Shown in pieces: positions 37,471 through 50,452 of a stretch of DNA of 64,000 nucleotides. Position 1 is the first letter of the stretch; each line of letters begins with the position of its first letter. The position numbers and the translations under genes were made by a program. A model generated the notes under the pieces. It saw only the letters and a list, made by a program, of their open reading frames with translations, had not been told where the DNA came from and did no database searches. Source of the stretch: Mobula birostris (taxonomy: Eukaryota); assembly GCF_030028105.1 (NCBI RefSeq), contig NC_092398.1, positions 24,815,649 to 24,879,648 on the forward strand. The letters are read 5' to 3'.

Positions 37471-38938
37471 CAGGGGTCCCCAATCTATTTTGCACTACGG
37501 AGCGGTTTAATATTGACAATAATCTTGCGGACCGGCCGACCGGGTCGGGGGTGGGTAGGGTTGCCAACATACAAGAGCAGCAGTCAAATACGTTGTGTTC
37601 ACCCGGAGAAAGATTTCAATAACCATGAAGCCTCGTGCGAGCACCAGTGCGCATGCACTTACGTGCAGATGTTTTTTTCCCTACAAATTCCTTTTGGCGA
37701 TTCTGTTCGGGGCATTTGGGGTTTGTTAACCACGACCGGAATATCGGTAATAACTGCCTAATACACTCAGCTTTCTTTCTAAAAGGGTTTATCTAACGGA
37801 CTTAATATTAAACACACTGCGCATATTTTCCTCACATGAATATAGTGATAAGTCATTTATCAGAGAAGGACAGGGGAGCGTGAAGTAAGTGTTGAACGAA
37901 CTTCCAGTAGAAGTGGTAGAGGCAGGTTCGATATTATCATTTAAAGAAAAACTGGAAGGGTGTATGGGTTGGAAAGGGATTGCGGGTTGTGGGCTGAGTG
38001 GAGATCGGTGGACTAGGTGAGAGTAGCGTTCAGAGCGGGCTAGACGGGCAGAAATGGCCTGTTTCCATGCTGTAATTGTTATATGGTTATATAAGTCAAC
38101 AGCATCATAACATTTTAAGTAACGTTTGGATATTAAACACACAGCACATATTTTTCCCGTATAAACATATAAAATCATTGCAACACACCGATATCGCTGA
38201 ATCAGTGGGAGCCTTGGACTTGATTCCCTGCAAGGAGACGGTCCTGTCGAGGGGTGATGGGAGACAGCGATACTCGAAGGGGTTTCCTTATGTCCAGTAT
38301 ATTCCGCAATTTAGTTTTCATTGCATTGATTGCAGAAAAGCCCGCCATCGCAGAGATACTTTGGAAATGGAAGCAGTGTTTTCAGTGCTTTCGTGGCTAC
38401 CTCAGGATATTTAGCCTTGGCTTTGATCCAGAATGCCGGCAGAGATGTTATGTCAAACATACTTTATAGTCCGTCGTCATTTGCAAGCTCGGGGAGTTGA
38501 TCTCCTTCCCGCCATGACACAGACGATGCACGGTTAATGACCTCGCGTGCGTAATGGCTCAACAGTGCGTGACAGGGAATGAGGAAAGGTTTCCTCGCGG
38601 CCCGGTAGCACATGCTTTGCGGCCAGGTATCGGTCCGCGGCTCGGTGGTTGGGGACCGCTGGCCAAAATAAAATTCTAGCGAGTGGAGGGGAATCTGCAC
38701 GTAAACGCATGTGCACTGGTGCCCGCGCAAGGCTTCATGGACATTGAAGTCTTTCTCGGGGTAAACTCAACGTATTTGAGTGCTATTCTTGTCCGTTGGC
38801 AACCCTACTCCCCACAACCACCCGCGCCCCACCCACTCCCCACCCCCCCCCCCCCCCCCGCCGCCCTCGGCCGGTCCGCAAGAATATTGTCAATATTAAA
38901 CCGGTCCACAGTGCAAAAAAAATGTTTGGGGACCCCTG
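37471..38938 (-). mobile_element. Inverted Buster-type element plus extra right end, unit 2
   Basis: Homolog of 7709-9155. Confidence 0.85.
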
Positions 38939-38942
38939 CATT

Positions 38943-40815
38943 CATCCCTACTCTTTCTTTCCTCTCTGTCAACCAATTTTCTATCCCTGTCAGTACCCTA
39001 CCCCCAATAACATTTGCTCTAATTTTGCACACTAACCTCGAAGTGGCTTTCTGAAAGTCCAGGTACAGTACATCCACTGGCTTTCCCATATCCATTTTTA
39101 AAGTTACATTCTCAAAAAAAATCCAGAAGATTAGTCAAGCATCATTTCCCTTTCGTAAATCCATGCTGACTCGGACCTATCCTGCCACTGCTATCCAAAT
39201 ATTCCACTTTTACATCTTTTATACTTAATTCCAGTATCTTCCCCACCACTGATGTCAGACTAACTGGTCTATAATTGCCTGTTTTCTCTCTCCCTCCTTT
39301 CTTAAAAAGTGGGATAACATTAGCTACCCTCCAATCCTTAGGAGATGATCCTGAATCTATAGAACATTGGAAAATAATTACCAATGCGTCCAATGTAAAA
39401 TTAAGTTGCAATGTAAATTGAAAAGCGTGAATACAGGACTGAAGGTGTCATATCTGAAAGCATGCAGTACACTAGAATAAGGTCGATGAAGTTGTAGCAC
39501 AGTTAGAGATCGGCAGGTATGATGTTGTAAACATCACGGAATCATGGCTGAAAGAAGATCATACCTGGGAGATTAATGTCCAACTGTACACATTGTATAG
39601 ACAGGACAGGCAGAAAGCCAGAGGAGCCAGTATTCTTCTGTTGGTAAAAAATGTAATTTAATCATTAGAAATGGTTGACATAGGGTCGGCAGGTGTTGAA
39701 TCATTGTGGATAGAGCTTAGAAACTGCAAGGGGTATAAAGAGCCTGATAGGAGTTTTATACAGAAACCCCCAAAAGGATCAAACGGGGTATAGAAAATGC
39801 ATTCCAAAAGGGTAACCTTACAATAGTCATGGGGGATTATAATACGTAGGTAGATTGGGTTGCTGAGGGATTCCAAGGGGGAAATTCCAGAATGCCTATG
39901 GGATGGTTTTTTCAGAGCTGCTCGTGGTTGAGCCACGAAAGGAGAATCTATGGATGTTGTGTACTTGGGTTTTCAGAAGGCCATTGACAAGGTGCCACAC
40001 GTGAGGCTGCTTGGTAAGCTACGAGCTCATGGTATTACAGGAAAGATTCTAGCATGGATAAAGCAGTGGCTGACTGGCAGGAGGCAAAGACTAGGAATAA
40101 AGGGGGCTTTTCTGGTGGCTGCCGGTAACTACTGGTGTTCCACGGGGTCTGTGTTAGGACCGATTCTTCTTACATTATATGTTAATGATTTGGATGATGG
40201 ATTTAATAGCTTTGTTGCAACATTGCAGACGATACGCAGATAGGTGGAGGGGCAGATAGTTTTGCAGAAATATAGAGGCTACAGAAGTACTTAGACATAT
40301 TAGGAGAATGGACAAAGAGGTGTCAGGTGGAATACAGTGTCGGGAAGTGTTTGGTCATATACTTCGATAGAAGAAGTGAAAGGGTTGACTCTTTTCCAAG
40401 TGCAGAGAAAATACAAAATCTGAGGCACAAAGGGACTTCGGAGTCCTTGTGCAGGATTCTCTGAAGCTCAATTTGCAGGTTGAGACTGTGGTGAGGAAGT
40501 CAAATGCAATATTAGAATTAATTTCAAGAGGACTAGAATATAAAAGCAAGGATGTAATATTGAGACTTTATAAGGCACTGGTAAGGCTTCACTTTGCGGT
40601 GAATCGGTGGATTTCGTTGCCACAGGCGGCTGCGGAGGCCAAGTCTTTATATATATCTAAGGCAAAGGTTGAAAGTTTCTTGATTGGTCAGGGCATGAAG
40701 GGATACGGGGAGAAGGTAGGAGATTGGGACTGAGAGGATAAACACATCAGTCATGATAAAATGGCAGGGCAGACTCAACGGGTCAAATGGCCTAATTGTG
40801 CTCCTATATTTAGTG
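38943..40815. mobile_element. Unit 2 homologs of the two old CR1 fragments, with internal deletions of about 935 bp and 327 bp
   Basis: Collinear with 9160-12295. Confidence 0.85.
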
Positions 40816-41302
40816 GTTTTGTCGTCAATGATTTGCAGAGTGTTGATGCACTCGAACTGTACCATCGGCTTCAGAGGACGATGGAGTCAGGCGTTTATCG
40901 ATGGCCTATGCCCAAGTGAGTATGTAAGGTGAGTGAGTAAGGGTGTCAAAGGTGACAGGGAGAAAGTAGGAAAATCGATTTGATGGGGGCATTAAATCAA
41001 CCATGATGGGGTGATGGAGCAGGCTCGATGGGCTGAATGGCCTAAACCTGCTCCTCGGTCTTATTCTCACTGAGCAAAAACAGCCTCGTCCCTTCCTTCA
41101 GTTTTTTTGGAACCCAACCTTGTTATTCTATTTTTTTCACTTCTGAGTTGTTTTGAACATTTATACTAATCTTTTTATGTCTTTGCTCCGACCTTCACGT
41201 CACAGAAGTCAGTGATGATAAATCTGATTTGAGAATAGTGCAGAGACGGTTTCCCAGTTTAACCCACATTGATGAATCTCTGTAAGCCTCTCAGCCACTT
41301 GC

Positions 41303-41416
41303 CCTTTGACGTGCAGCAGTACAAGATTCCAGTCACCACCACTGCGCACAGCCCGAGTATCCCCAGGACAGCTCCAACAATCATCAAAGCTTCATTCTCA
41401 ACCAGTGCGTTGTGTT
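41303..41416 (-). pseudogene. Transmembrane exon, unit 2 (open, but the upstream C1 exon is dead)
   Basis: 114 nt with the same splice sites; V>L and M>V changes versus unit 1. Confidence 0.75.
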
Positions 41417-42308
41417 CTGAGGAGAAAACGTTGGAGGTTCTGTCGTTGTGTTAAGTCATGTTTCATATCATATCATTAAGTTCAAGATTAATTTATTATC
41501 AGAGTACTTACGTATATGTCAACCTATGCAACTCTGAGGTTCATTTTCCTGTTGGCATACTGGGCAAGTCTATAGAGTAGTAACTAGAACGGGATCAATG
41601 AACGATCAACTTGACTGCAGAAGACAACAAACTGTGCCACTGTGCTGTGCAATAAATAAATAGCATCAAATAACCAGAAACTGCGATAAAGAGTCCTTAA
41701 AGAGATCATTGGTTGTAGGAGCATCTTAATGGATGGACAAGTGAGTGTAATCAAGAGCCCGATGGCTGAGGGGTCGTAACTGATTCTGAAACTGGTGGTG
41801 TGAGCCGAGGCTCCTGTACCTTCCACTTGATGGCGGCAGCGAGAGAAGTGTATGGCCTGGGTGGTGGGGATCTCTGACAAAGAATACTGCTTTCTTACAA
41901 TGTTGTTTCATGTAGATGTGATCAATGGTTGGGAGGGCTTCACCCGTGATGTACTGTACCAAATCCACTATCTTTTGTAGGATTTTCCACTCAAAGGCAT
42001 TGGTGTTTCCATACCAGTCTGTAATGCAGCCAGTCAATTCACATCTAGAAAAGTTTGTCAACGTTTCAGTGTCAGGTCAAATCTCCAGTGACTTCTAAGG
42101 AAGTAGGGACAAGTCTACTTCCTTAAGAGGTGACTTGTTGTGAGCATCTCCCATGCGAATCATCAAATATTCCCATTGTTCAGGACTACAACAGCTGAAA
42201 TGCGTGGTCACGGCTATGGATACTTCAGTAAATAACACATTTCACAACGTATCCCAAAGATACTAAACCTGATTCTGTTTTGTAAAGGCATGTTCAATGT
42301 ACGAGGAG

Positions 42309-45300
42309 CAGGGGCAGCGCTAAGGTGGTGCTCGCTGGGGCTATAGCATCAGCAGAAATTGCAATAGCTCCACCATAGCACCACCAAGAAATTAACTGCA
42401 GCTGCTTTGCTTTCTCTGTATAGTTTTTAAAACAGCTTGTTTCCCCAGTTGATCTAATGAAACAGCACCCCCAATTACCGTAGCAACCACGCAGCAATAT
42501 AGTTATAAACTCTCTCAGATCCACTCTACACTTCTGCTTATTCGTTCGTTGTCAATGTCTTGCAGTTGCGTTCCTCAGATCAGTTAAGCTGATCTAAGGT
42601 CACTTAAGGTGGTGACGTCACTCACTCTCCCTCACGCGAGAGATTGATAGTATACATCCAGGCGCAGATCCGTTGTCTCGCGAGACTAACAGATGCCACA
42701 CGCGCACACTGTGCTTTTACAAGCGAGCGTGGGCCTGGCACGTGCATTATTTTGGCCGGCGTGAAAAATTGATCGACTTTTAATCAGAAAACGACCTCAT
42801 CCAGAGGAATCAGTGGTGTCTCTGCCTGAGCATGTCTTAATTGAAAGTGACATGCAGAAAGAAGTAAGTGGGGATAAGGACGACAGCAGCTCATCGAAGG
42901 AGTGTGTGGGCGAAGTAGAGGAACAAGAAATGGAGCGGGATTCGGAAGAGAACGTGGATGAAGCTGCTCTTAGTGTGAGTGGAAATACTGTTAGCGGTGA
43001 TAGCCAGCAGCCTGAGGAAGGACCCCGTCGGCCAGCATTGAAAAAGTACCCTTCGCACAGTTTGGCAATCACAAAGGAGTATTCGTAGCTGGTTTGACCT
43101 GTACTCCTTGCTGGAAAATTCAATCACAAAAGATGTTACATTCTGCTTCGCCTGCAGACATTTCCTGTGTGGAGGACCTGGGTTTTATTCTGAGTCTACC
43201 TTCACTGTCACAGATTACCGCAACTGGCGGAAAGCTACAACAGCTTTCAAAACCCACCACCTAAGTGCAGCTCATAAGTTGGTTATGGAGGCATGGGGCG
43301 AATTCAGATTGAGAAAACAAGACGGTTCAAGATTGGGAAATATGCTTGATAAAAGACATGCAAATATTGTCCAAGGAAGTCGTGAGTATATGTGAGCAGT
43401 GGTTGAGTCTCTACGCTATACTGCGTGCCAAGGCATTGCCCAGCGAGGATACCTGGAGAAGGATAGATCTGGCAATACGGGAAACTTTGTCGAGTTGTTC
43501 AGTGTAATTGGGAAGTTTGATAAGACTGTAGCTAAAAAGAAGAATAGAGGACAATCCTGGAAATGCAAAAAACACAAATCGCCATATCCAAAATGAAATT
43601 AGGAGTATTATGGCAGATATGGTCGGACGTCAAATAAGTGCAGAAATCAAGGAGGCGGGATATTTTGCCAGCATGGTGGATGAAAGTAAGGACTTGAGTA
43701 TAAAGGAGCAAATATCAGTGGTGCTGCGGTATTTGAATAAAGAAACAGTGCTTGAAGAATTCTTGCACTTCTCTCCAGCAGAAGGGTTGGACGCAGAGTC
43801 GCTTCTTAAAAGCATTGAACAGACGCTCGCCTTGTGCGTTATTGATAAGAACGCGTGTATAGGTCAGTGTTATGACGGGGCGGCAGTGATGTCCGGGTGC
43901 AATAACGGGGTACAAGAGAGGCATTATATATACACTGCCATGCTCACAGACTTAACCTTGTTTTAGTGGATGCTGTGAGCAATGTACCAGAAGCGGGTGA
44001 GTTTTTTGAAACTGTGCAACTGCTTTGCAACTTCTTTTCAAACTCTGTTCCCCACGATCTTTTCATGAAGAAACAGAGAGAATTTGAATCAACTGCACAG
44101 CCCGTGGAGTTGAAGAAATTGCCAGATACACACTGGGCATGGCGGTATACAGCTTTGTGGGCTATAAGGAAATCACTCTCCGCCATTCTAGCTACACTAC
44201 AGGATATTATGGTTCACCAAATGCACCGAAGAAAACGGAGGCCAGAGCTTTAAATGGACTGATTGACGCGCAGTTTGCTTTACTTCTCTCTCTGTTTGAG
44301 GATTTACTCCGAGTCACTAAGTTCATGTCAGACCAACTACAATCTCCCAGTTTGGAGCTTTCATCCTCTGTGGACTTGGCTCAGTCTATTATCGATGCAC
44401 TCTCAGCAAAACGGGGAGAGGAATCATGAAGTGAAATTCAGACAAGAGCTAGGGACCTGTGCGTCAAGGTCGGTATACAGAGCAGAGCACATGAAAGGAG
44501 ACGGGCCCAGCCACCCCGCCGCCTACATCATTTTGTTGTTGAGGGTCAAACTGAACGCACACCTGTCACATCCCATGATGACCTTCGCAGCCACAGTTTC
44601 TATCCAGTTATAGACAGACTTCTGACTGAAATGGAAAGACGGTTCTCAATTGAGACTGGGGGTGTTCTGACTGGACTCTTGGCATTGACTCCTAAACACA
44701 AGTTCTTCCTAGACAAGAATTGTCTTTGGCCAATGGCCCAATACTATGGAGTGACTGAAGTGAACCTGACTGCAGAGCTACATCAGGTTCGACGTCTGCT
44801 GGAAACAAAACAAAAGGAAGGACAGACAATGAATGACACAGTGGAATTTCTAGCTCTAATGAGACCCGACGGCGATGCATTTATAGATTTATACAAACTA
44901 ATCTGCATATCACTGACTCTGCCTGTTACATCTGCCTCATGCGAACGGAGTTTATTTTGCGTCAGACGCGTCGAAAACTACTTAAGGGACGCACAGGTCC
45001 CTAGCTCTTGTCTGAATTTCACTTCATGATTCCTCTCCCCGTTTTGCTTATTGCATGGTCAGAGTACGATTTGTCCAACGCCTAGTAAAGCCTTGCATCT
45101 GTTGTTTGCCTTATTTGACTTTAATAACGGTGTATCGTTTGGCATTGCTGTCTATGTAATGCGATTAGCAGTGGGTTCGTTTTGTCTTTTTCAGTTGAAA
45201 ATCACGCATTAGACACTGATTGCGGGATTGGTGCGTGATTCACGTTGTCCGCTGTTGCTCGGATACTGTTTGTTTTCTTTCGTTGTTTATGCTCCGTGTA

Positions 45301-45549
45301 GCCCAGGTTGTCCTCGATGCCATGTGACACTGGAACAGTTCACTTCTATATTAGATCTATCAATTGCTTTTGCTTGTGAATCAATAGAGGCATTTACAGT
45401 AGGCACATAATGCTTGAAACTGACTTTTTAACGCCACGCGTCTGGCCTTGCGAATACATATTACCGTACAGTGCATCCCTCAGCACCTTTACTGAATCAT
45501 TCAGCCCCTACGCAGCACCAGCAAGAAAAATTCTCTTGCGCCGTCACTG
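42309..45549 (+). mobile_element. Same hAT element in unit 2, with the transposase 3' end replaced
   Basis: Perfect TSD ACGAGGAG on both sides. Shares the TGA stops of unit 1. 357 bp replaced by a 61-bp filler. Confidence 0.92.
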
Positions 45550-45668
45550 ACGAGGAGCATTTGATGGGTCTGGGCCTGTACTCACTGTAGTTTTGAAGAA
45601 TGAACGGAGATCCTATGAAATATTAGAAGTCCTAGATAGAGTGGATAAGGAGAGGATGTTTCCTATAC

Positions 45669-46815
45669 CTGGGCCTTAGCACTCAGATCTGCAGCTGGAT
45701 TTTCAACTTCCTCACAGACAGAACCCAGGCTGTAAAAATAGAGGACAAGCTCTCCTCTACAACCACTCTGAGCACCGGTGCCCCACAAGGCTGTGTACTC
45801 AGCACCCTGCTGTACTCACTCTACACCCATGATTGCGTAGCCAAGTTTCCATCAAACTCAATAGATAAGTTTGCTGATGACACAACAATTGTAGGCCGTA
45901 TCTCGGGTAATGATGAGCTTGAATACAGAGAGGAAATTAACAACCTGGTGGCATGGTGCGAAGGCAATAACCTATCCCTCTACGTCAGTAGGACGAAAGA
46001 ATTGGTTGTTGAATTCGGAAGGAGTAGCGGACCGCCCGACCCAATGTCCATCCATGGTGCGAAAGTGGAACAGGTCAAAAACTTTAAGCTCCTCGGGGTC
46101 AATATCACAAATAACCTGACTTGGTCCAACCAAGCAGAGTTCACTGCCAGGAAGGCCCACCAGCGCCTGTACTTCCTGAGAAAACTAAAGAAATTTGACC
46201 TGTCTCCTAAAACCCTCACTAATTTTTATAGATGCACCGTAGAAAGCATTCTTCTCGGGTACATCAGAACCCGGTAGGGAAGTTGTCCTGTCCAAGACCG
46301 AAAGAAGCTGCAGGAGATCGTGAACACGCCGCAGCGCATCACTCAAACCAATCTTCCATCCTTGGACTCACTTTACACCGCACGCTGTCGGAGCAGTACT
46401 GCCAGGGTAACAAAGGACACGACCCACCCAGCCAACATACATTTTTCGTCCTTCTTCCTTCCGGGAGAAGGCTCAGGAGCTTGAAGACTCGTACGCCCAG
46501 ATTTGCGAACAGCTTCTTTCCAACTGTGATAAGACTGCTGAACAGATCCTGACCCGGATCTGGGCCGTACCCTCCAAATATCCGGACCTGCTTCTCGGTT
46601 TTTTTTGCACAACCTTACTTGCCATTTTTCTATTTTCTATTTACGATTTATAATTTAAATTTTTAATATTTACTCATTTTAACTAGATTTACTATTTTAA
46701 ATATTGAATATTTTTGATCCAGGGAGTGTGAAGCGCAGAATCAAATATCGCTGTGATGATTTTACGTTCTAGTATCAATTGTTTGGAGACAATAAAGTAT
46801 AAAGTATAAGTATAA
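45669..46815 (+). mobile_element. Same Rex1/Babar-type LINE, unit 2
   Basis: Collinear homolog with fewer lesions in the RT portion. Confidence 0.88.
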
Positions 46816-47557
46816 GCAGAAGTGTAAGTATAGGAGGGGAGTCCAGGACAAGAGAGCACTGCCTTGTCATAGAAAGATGTCCATTTAAAACAGAGATGAG
46901 GAGGAATTTCTTTAGCCGGAGGGTGGTGAATGTGCAGAATTTGTTGAGTTCTGTTCATTTGGGCTATGTAATTATTTAAGACGCATGCGTACTCTCCCAG
47001 TTATACGCGTGCACGCGGAAGGAAAAAGAGGAACTGTGGGATGTAAAGGTGGCGGCCCTTGGGTATTGAACGGAGACATTCAAAGTAAAGTGGTTTAAAC
47101 AAAAGGAAAATGTGTCTTTGCTGTTTGGCCGTTATCAGTGGTAGCGGAGGACGGTTACGATCTATCGACCTCTGGGATATGGGCCCTGCGCACTACTGAG
47201 CATGTTTGAAGCAGAGGTCGATAGGTTTCTGATTGGAAAGAACATCAAAGGTTAAGGGGAGAAGTCAGGAGACTGGGGTTAAGAGAGACAATGAATCTGT
47301 CACGATTGAATCCCAGAGTAGACTTGATGAGCCAAATGGCCCAATTCTGCTCCTAGGGTCTATGGTTTTATGGTATATAAGCTGTCTGACTTGATTCTCA
47401 CAATTGACAGCAGAGAGGATGAGAGAGGTCTTGAGCAGTTGGGTCTTGCTTCTGGACAGAAACGGGCCACGATGGATTCTGTGTCAAATTGACATCAGTG
47501 AGAATACGGTGGTGTTGACGGGGTCAGGCGACATTTCTCCAACTTGCCCGTTCTTAC

Positions 47558-47826
47558 CTAGAGGTATCATGAGCTTCCCACTGACAGCCTCGTGTTCCAT
47601 CTGACAGACGTACCCGTGACTGTCTCCATCTAGGGGGCGGACACTCCTAACTTGAAAGGTTCCATTGCTTTGAGGGACAACGTTGGTCGTGTCTGATCCA
47701 TTGTCAGTGACTTCCCCGTTTCTGACACAGTGAACTTTAATGTCCCGGGGAAGAAGTTCTTGGCCGTGCACACCGGATATATTTAGCCCCGTTTCTTCTG
47801 AGTCAAGGCTCTGGTATGGGTAGGAG
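47558..47826 (-). pseudogene. Ig C1-set exon, unit 2, disabled
   Basis: 269 nt. TTA>TAA nonsense change at 47783-47785 and a 1-nt deletion near 47747. Splice sites retained. Confidence 0.85.
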
Positions 47827-49027
47827 CTGTGAAGGAATTGGAGAACAGTGTATGGGTTCAAAGTAGCTCAGCTCTCTTGTGACTGGACGGTATGGACAGA
47901 ACTTCACCCTGTGTCTGACCCCGCGAGTATGTGATAGCACAGTGTACAGGGGGCTTCACTCTGCATCTAATAGCTAGTGGGAGCTTGTCCACATTACCAC
48001 ACTCGGCTTTAAGAAAGCCCCCTGTTTAGCCAGGGCATCAAACGGTATGGGGAGAAGGCAGGGAAGTGGGGATGACTGGTAGAATTGCATCAGCCTATGA
48101 TAGAATAGCAGAGCGGACTTGATGGTCCGAATGGCCTGCTTCTGTTCCTATACCTTATGGTCTTATGGTCACGGGGAGAACATTTGAAGTCAGACATCAA
48201 ACATACAGACATCAGTGTAAATCGAACCCCGATCAATAATCACAGGCACGATAGAGCAATTCTGCTATCTGCTACGATAACGTGCAGTCCCTGATTGTGT
48301 TAATTAGACAGTTTAGATTAACCTTTGTTTGTAATGTACACTTCTGCTGCTGAAAAAATTGATTTTGATGGTATTTATACTGATTGAGGCCCTCTGTTAG
48401 TCCAGGTTGACCACGGTGTCCTAGCTGTCTGCAAGATACGCAGCATGGTACACAACTCAGAGCCGTTGCCGACACAACAGGCTCCCCCACTCTCCATGCT
48501 GCTGATAAAGCCAAAGGAATGCCAGAGACTGATACAGTTTCAGCGAAGGTTTGAGATCAGACTTTTCCTTCTCTTCGATGGGATGCTGACCACAGCTGAT
48601 GAGCCCCATCTGCCTGAAGCGATTGATTTCAAGGGACCAATAATCCACCTTTGCCCTTTCCCCTGTTATTAGAAATGGTTCTGCTGGGCTTAATAGCTAA
48701 GCCACATGTGAAGTTCCAGGAGCTAGACTTCGATGTCAGAGGCTATTTGAGCTGTGCACCATTGGGAGCTCATTCCAACTACCTTCCCAGGCTTTAACGA
48801 CCTTAAGGAATTTGTATTTATAAGCTGTGCATCTGTTCCCATGATAATAAACTTGAACAAGAGAGAATGAACAGCAGAGGGGGCTATAGGGCAATGCTTA
48901 CTCCAGACATCTGTCAGGAATGGCAGATGAAGTTCAATTCAGATAAATGCAAGGTGTTATATTTTCATGGATCAAACCAAGGCAGGGCATACACAGTGAA
49001 CAGGCAAGTCCTGGTGAGTGTTGCAGA

Positions 49028-49501
49028 CACTGTTCTCTCTCACCTGTATGTGTCTGCGACCATGCAGTAACTGTAATGCTCCCGCGCACATAGCCGTTGC
49101 TACTGCGCAGCTGAAATTCTCTTTTATATAATGTTAGTATAATTTTGAAATGATGCCAATATAATTTTGGAATCTATGTTAACATAATTCAGAAATACCC
49201 TGCAATTAATTATGTTAATGAATATAGTTTATTAATTTTCTAAATAGTAAACATACCACACACTTTGAAACATTTTAGAGTTTCAATGCATTTACATTGT
49301 CAATATTACAAGTTACAACACTGTTACAAATTGTAACAATGAACACAGAATGGAAGGCGGCAGCTCATTGTTAATAAACTGCCGGCCTGCTGAAAGTTGA
49401 TGCTGTCATATTCATGTTAAAAAAAAAGATTTAAAGTGCCAGGTAGTTTTCAGAGCAGTGGTTAGTCCACACAGTGGTAAAAATAATTGGAGGGAAGGTC
49501 G
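49028..49501. mobile_element. Same hAT MITE, unit 2
   Basis: TSD GTTGCAGA / GTTGTAGA. Confidence 0.75.
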
Positions 49502-50419
49502 GTTGTAGAACAGAGAGACCAGGGTGTGTTGGTACATAAAACCATAAAGTGACGACACGGACAGGGAGGTAAAGAAGGTGTTTGTACACGTGCCGTCATC
49601 GGAAGGGCACTGAATACAGGAGTTGGGATGTCACGTTGTAACTATACAAAGACTTCAAAGACAAAGTAACAAAGTACGCATCCTGTAGTGGGCTGGGTTG
49701 ATCAGACCGAAACTAATCGAGTGTCCGGCAAATGTAATAAGTAAACAGATCCGACAAAGAAACTTAAGCCCAATTTATTATCACAAAAATGGAAAGGCAC
49801 GCAAAATACTCCATACCAAGTCACAAAGATTCCAGTGCTCACAATTCTTAGTGACCAGTTGATTGTTGTTGGGAGAACTGCGAACTCCAACTCGCTCGTG
49901 AAATCATCCTGGGTCGTAGGCATCGAACGCGGTTTCCAGTCTAAAGAATCCAGGGAAAATTGTTCCAGTAAACAGGAGATCCACAAACGTAGAGAGAGAC
50001 ACACAGAGACAGACAGATGCCTTGATCTTTTGCCCTCCTGCCATTAACCCAGCCTGGTTTCCTTCATTCATTAACGCAGTGTTCAGCATACCCTTAACAT
50101 AGAACATAGAACATAGAATAGCACAGCACAGTACAGGCCCTTCGGCACACAATGTTGTACCGACCCTCAAACCCTGCCTCCTATATAAGCCCCCACCTTA
50201 GATTCCTCCATATACCCTTACTAATCAGTTGGACACTGTAATGGTCAGTCTTTATCCATCAGTCCACCAATGTTTAGGACTTAACGTTCCTTGAAATTAC
50301 GGACGATTAGTGTATCTTAAATGCCCTGCCTCTTCCCACTTTAAATGCCCTGCCCTCAATACCCTATAAACCTTTACGTGCCTAAAGGCTTCTAAATGCC
50401 TAACTGCCCTGCTTTTCAT

Positions 50420-50452
<33 letters not shown>

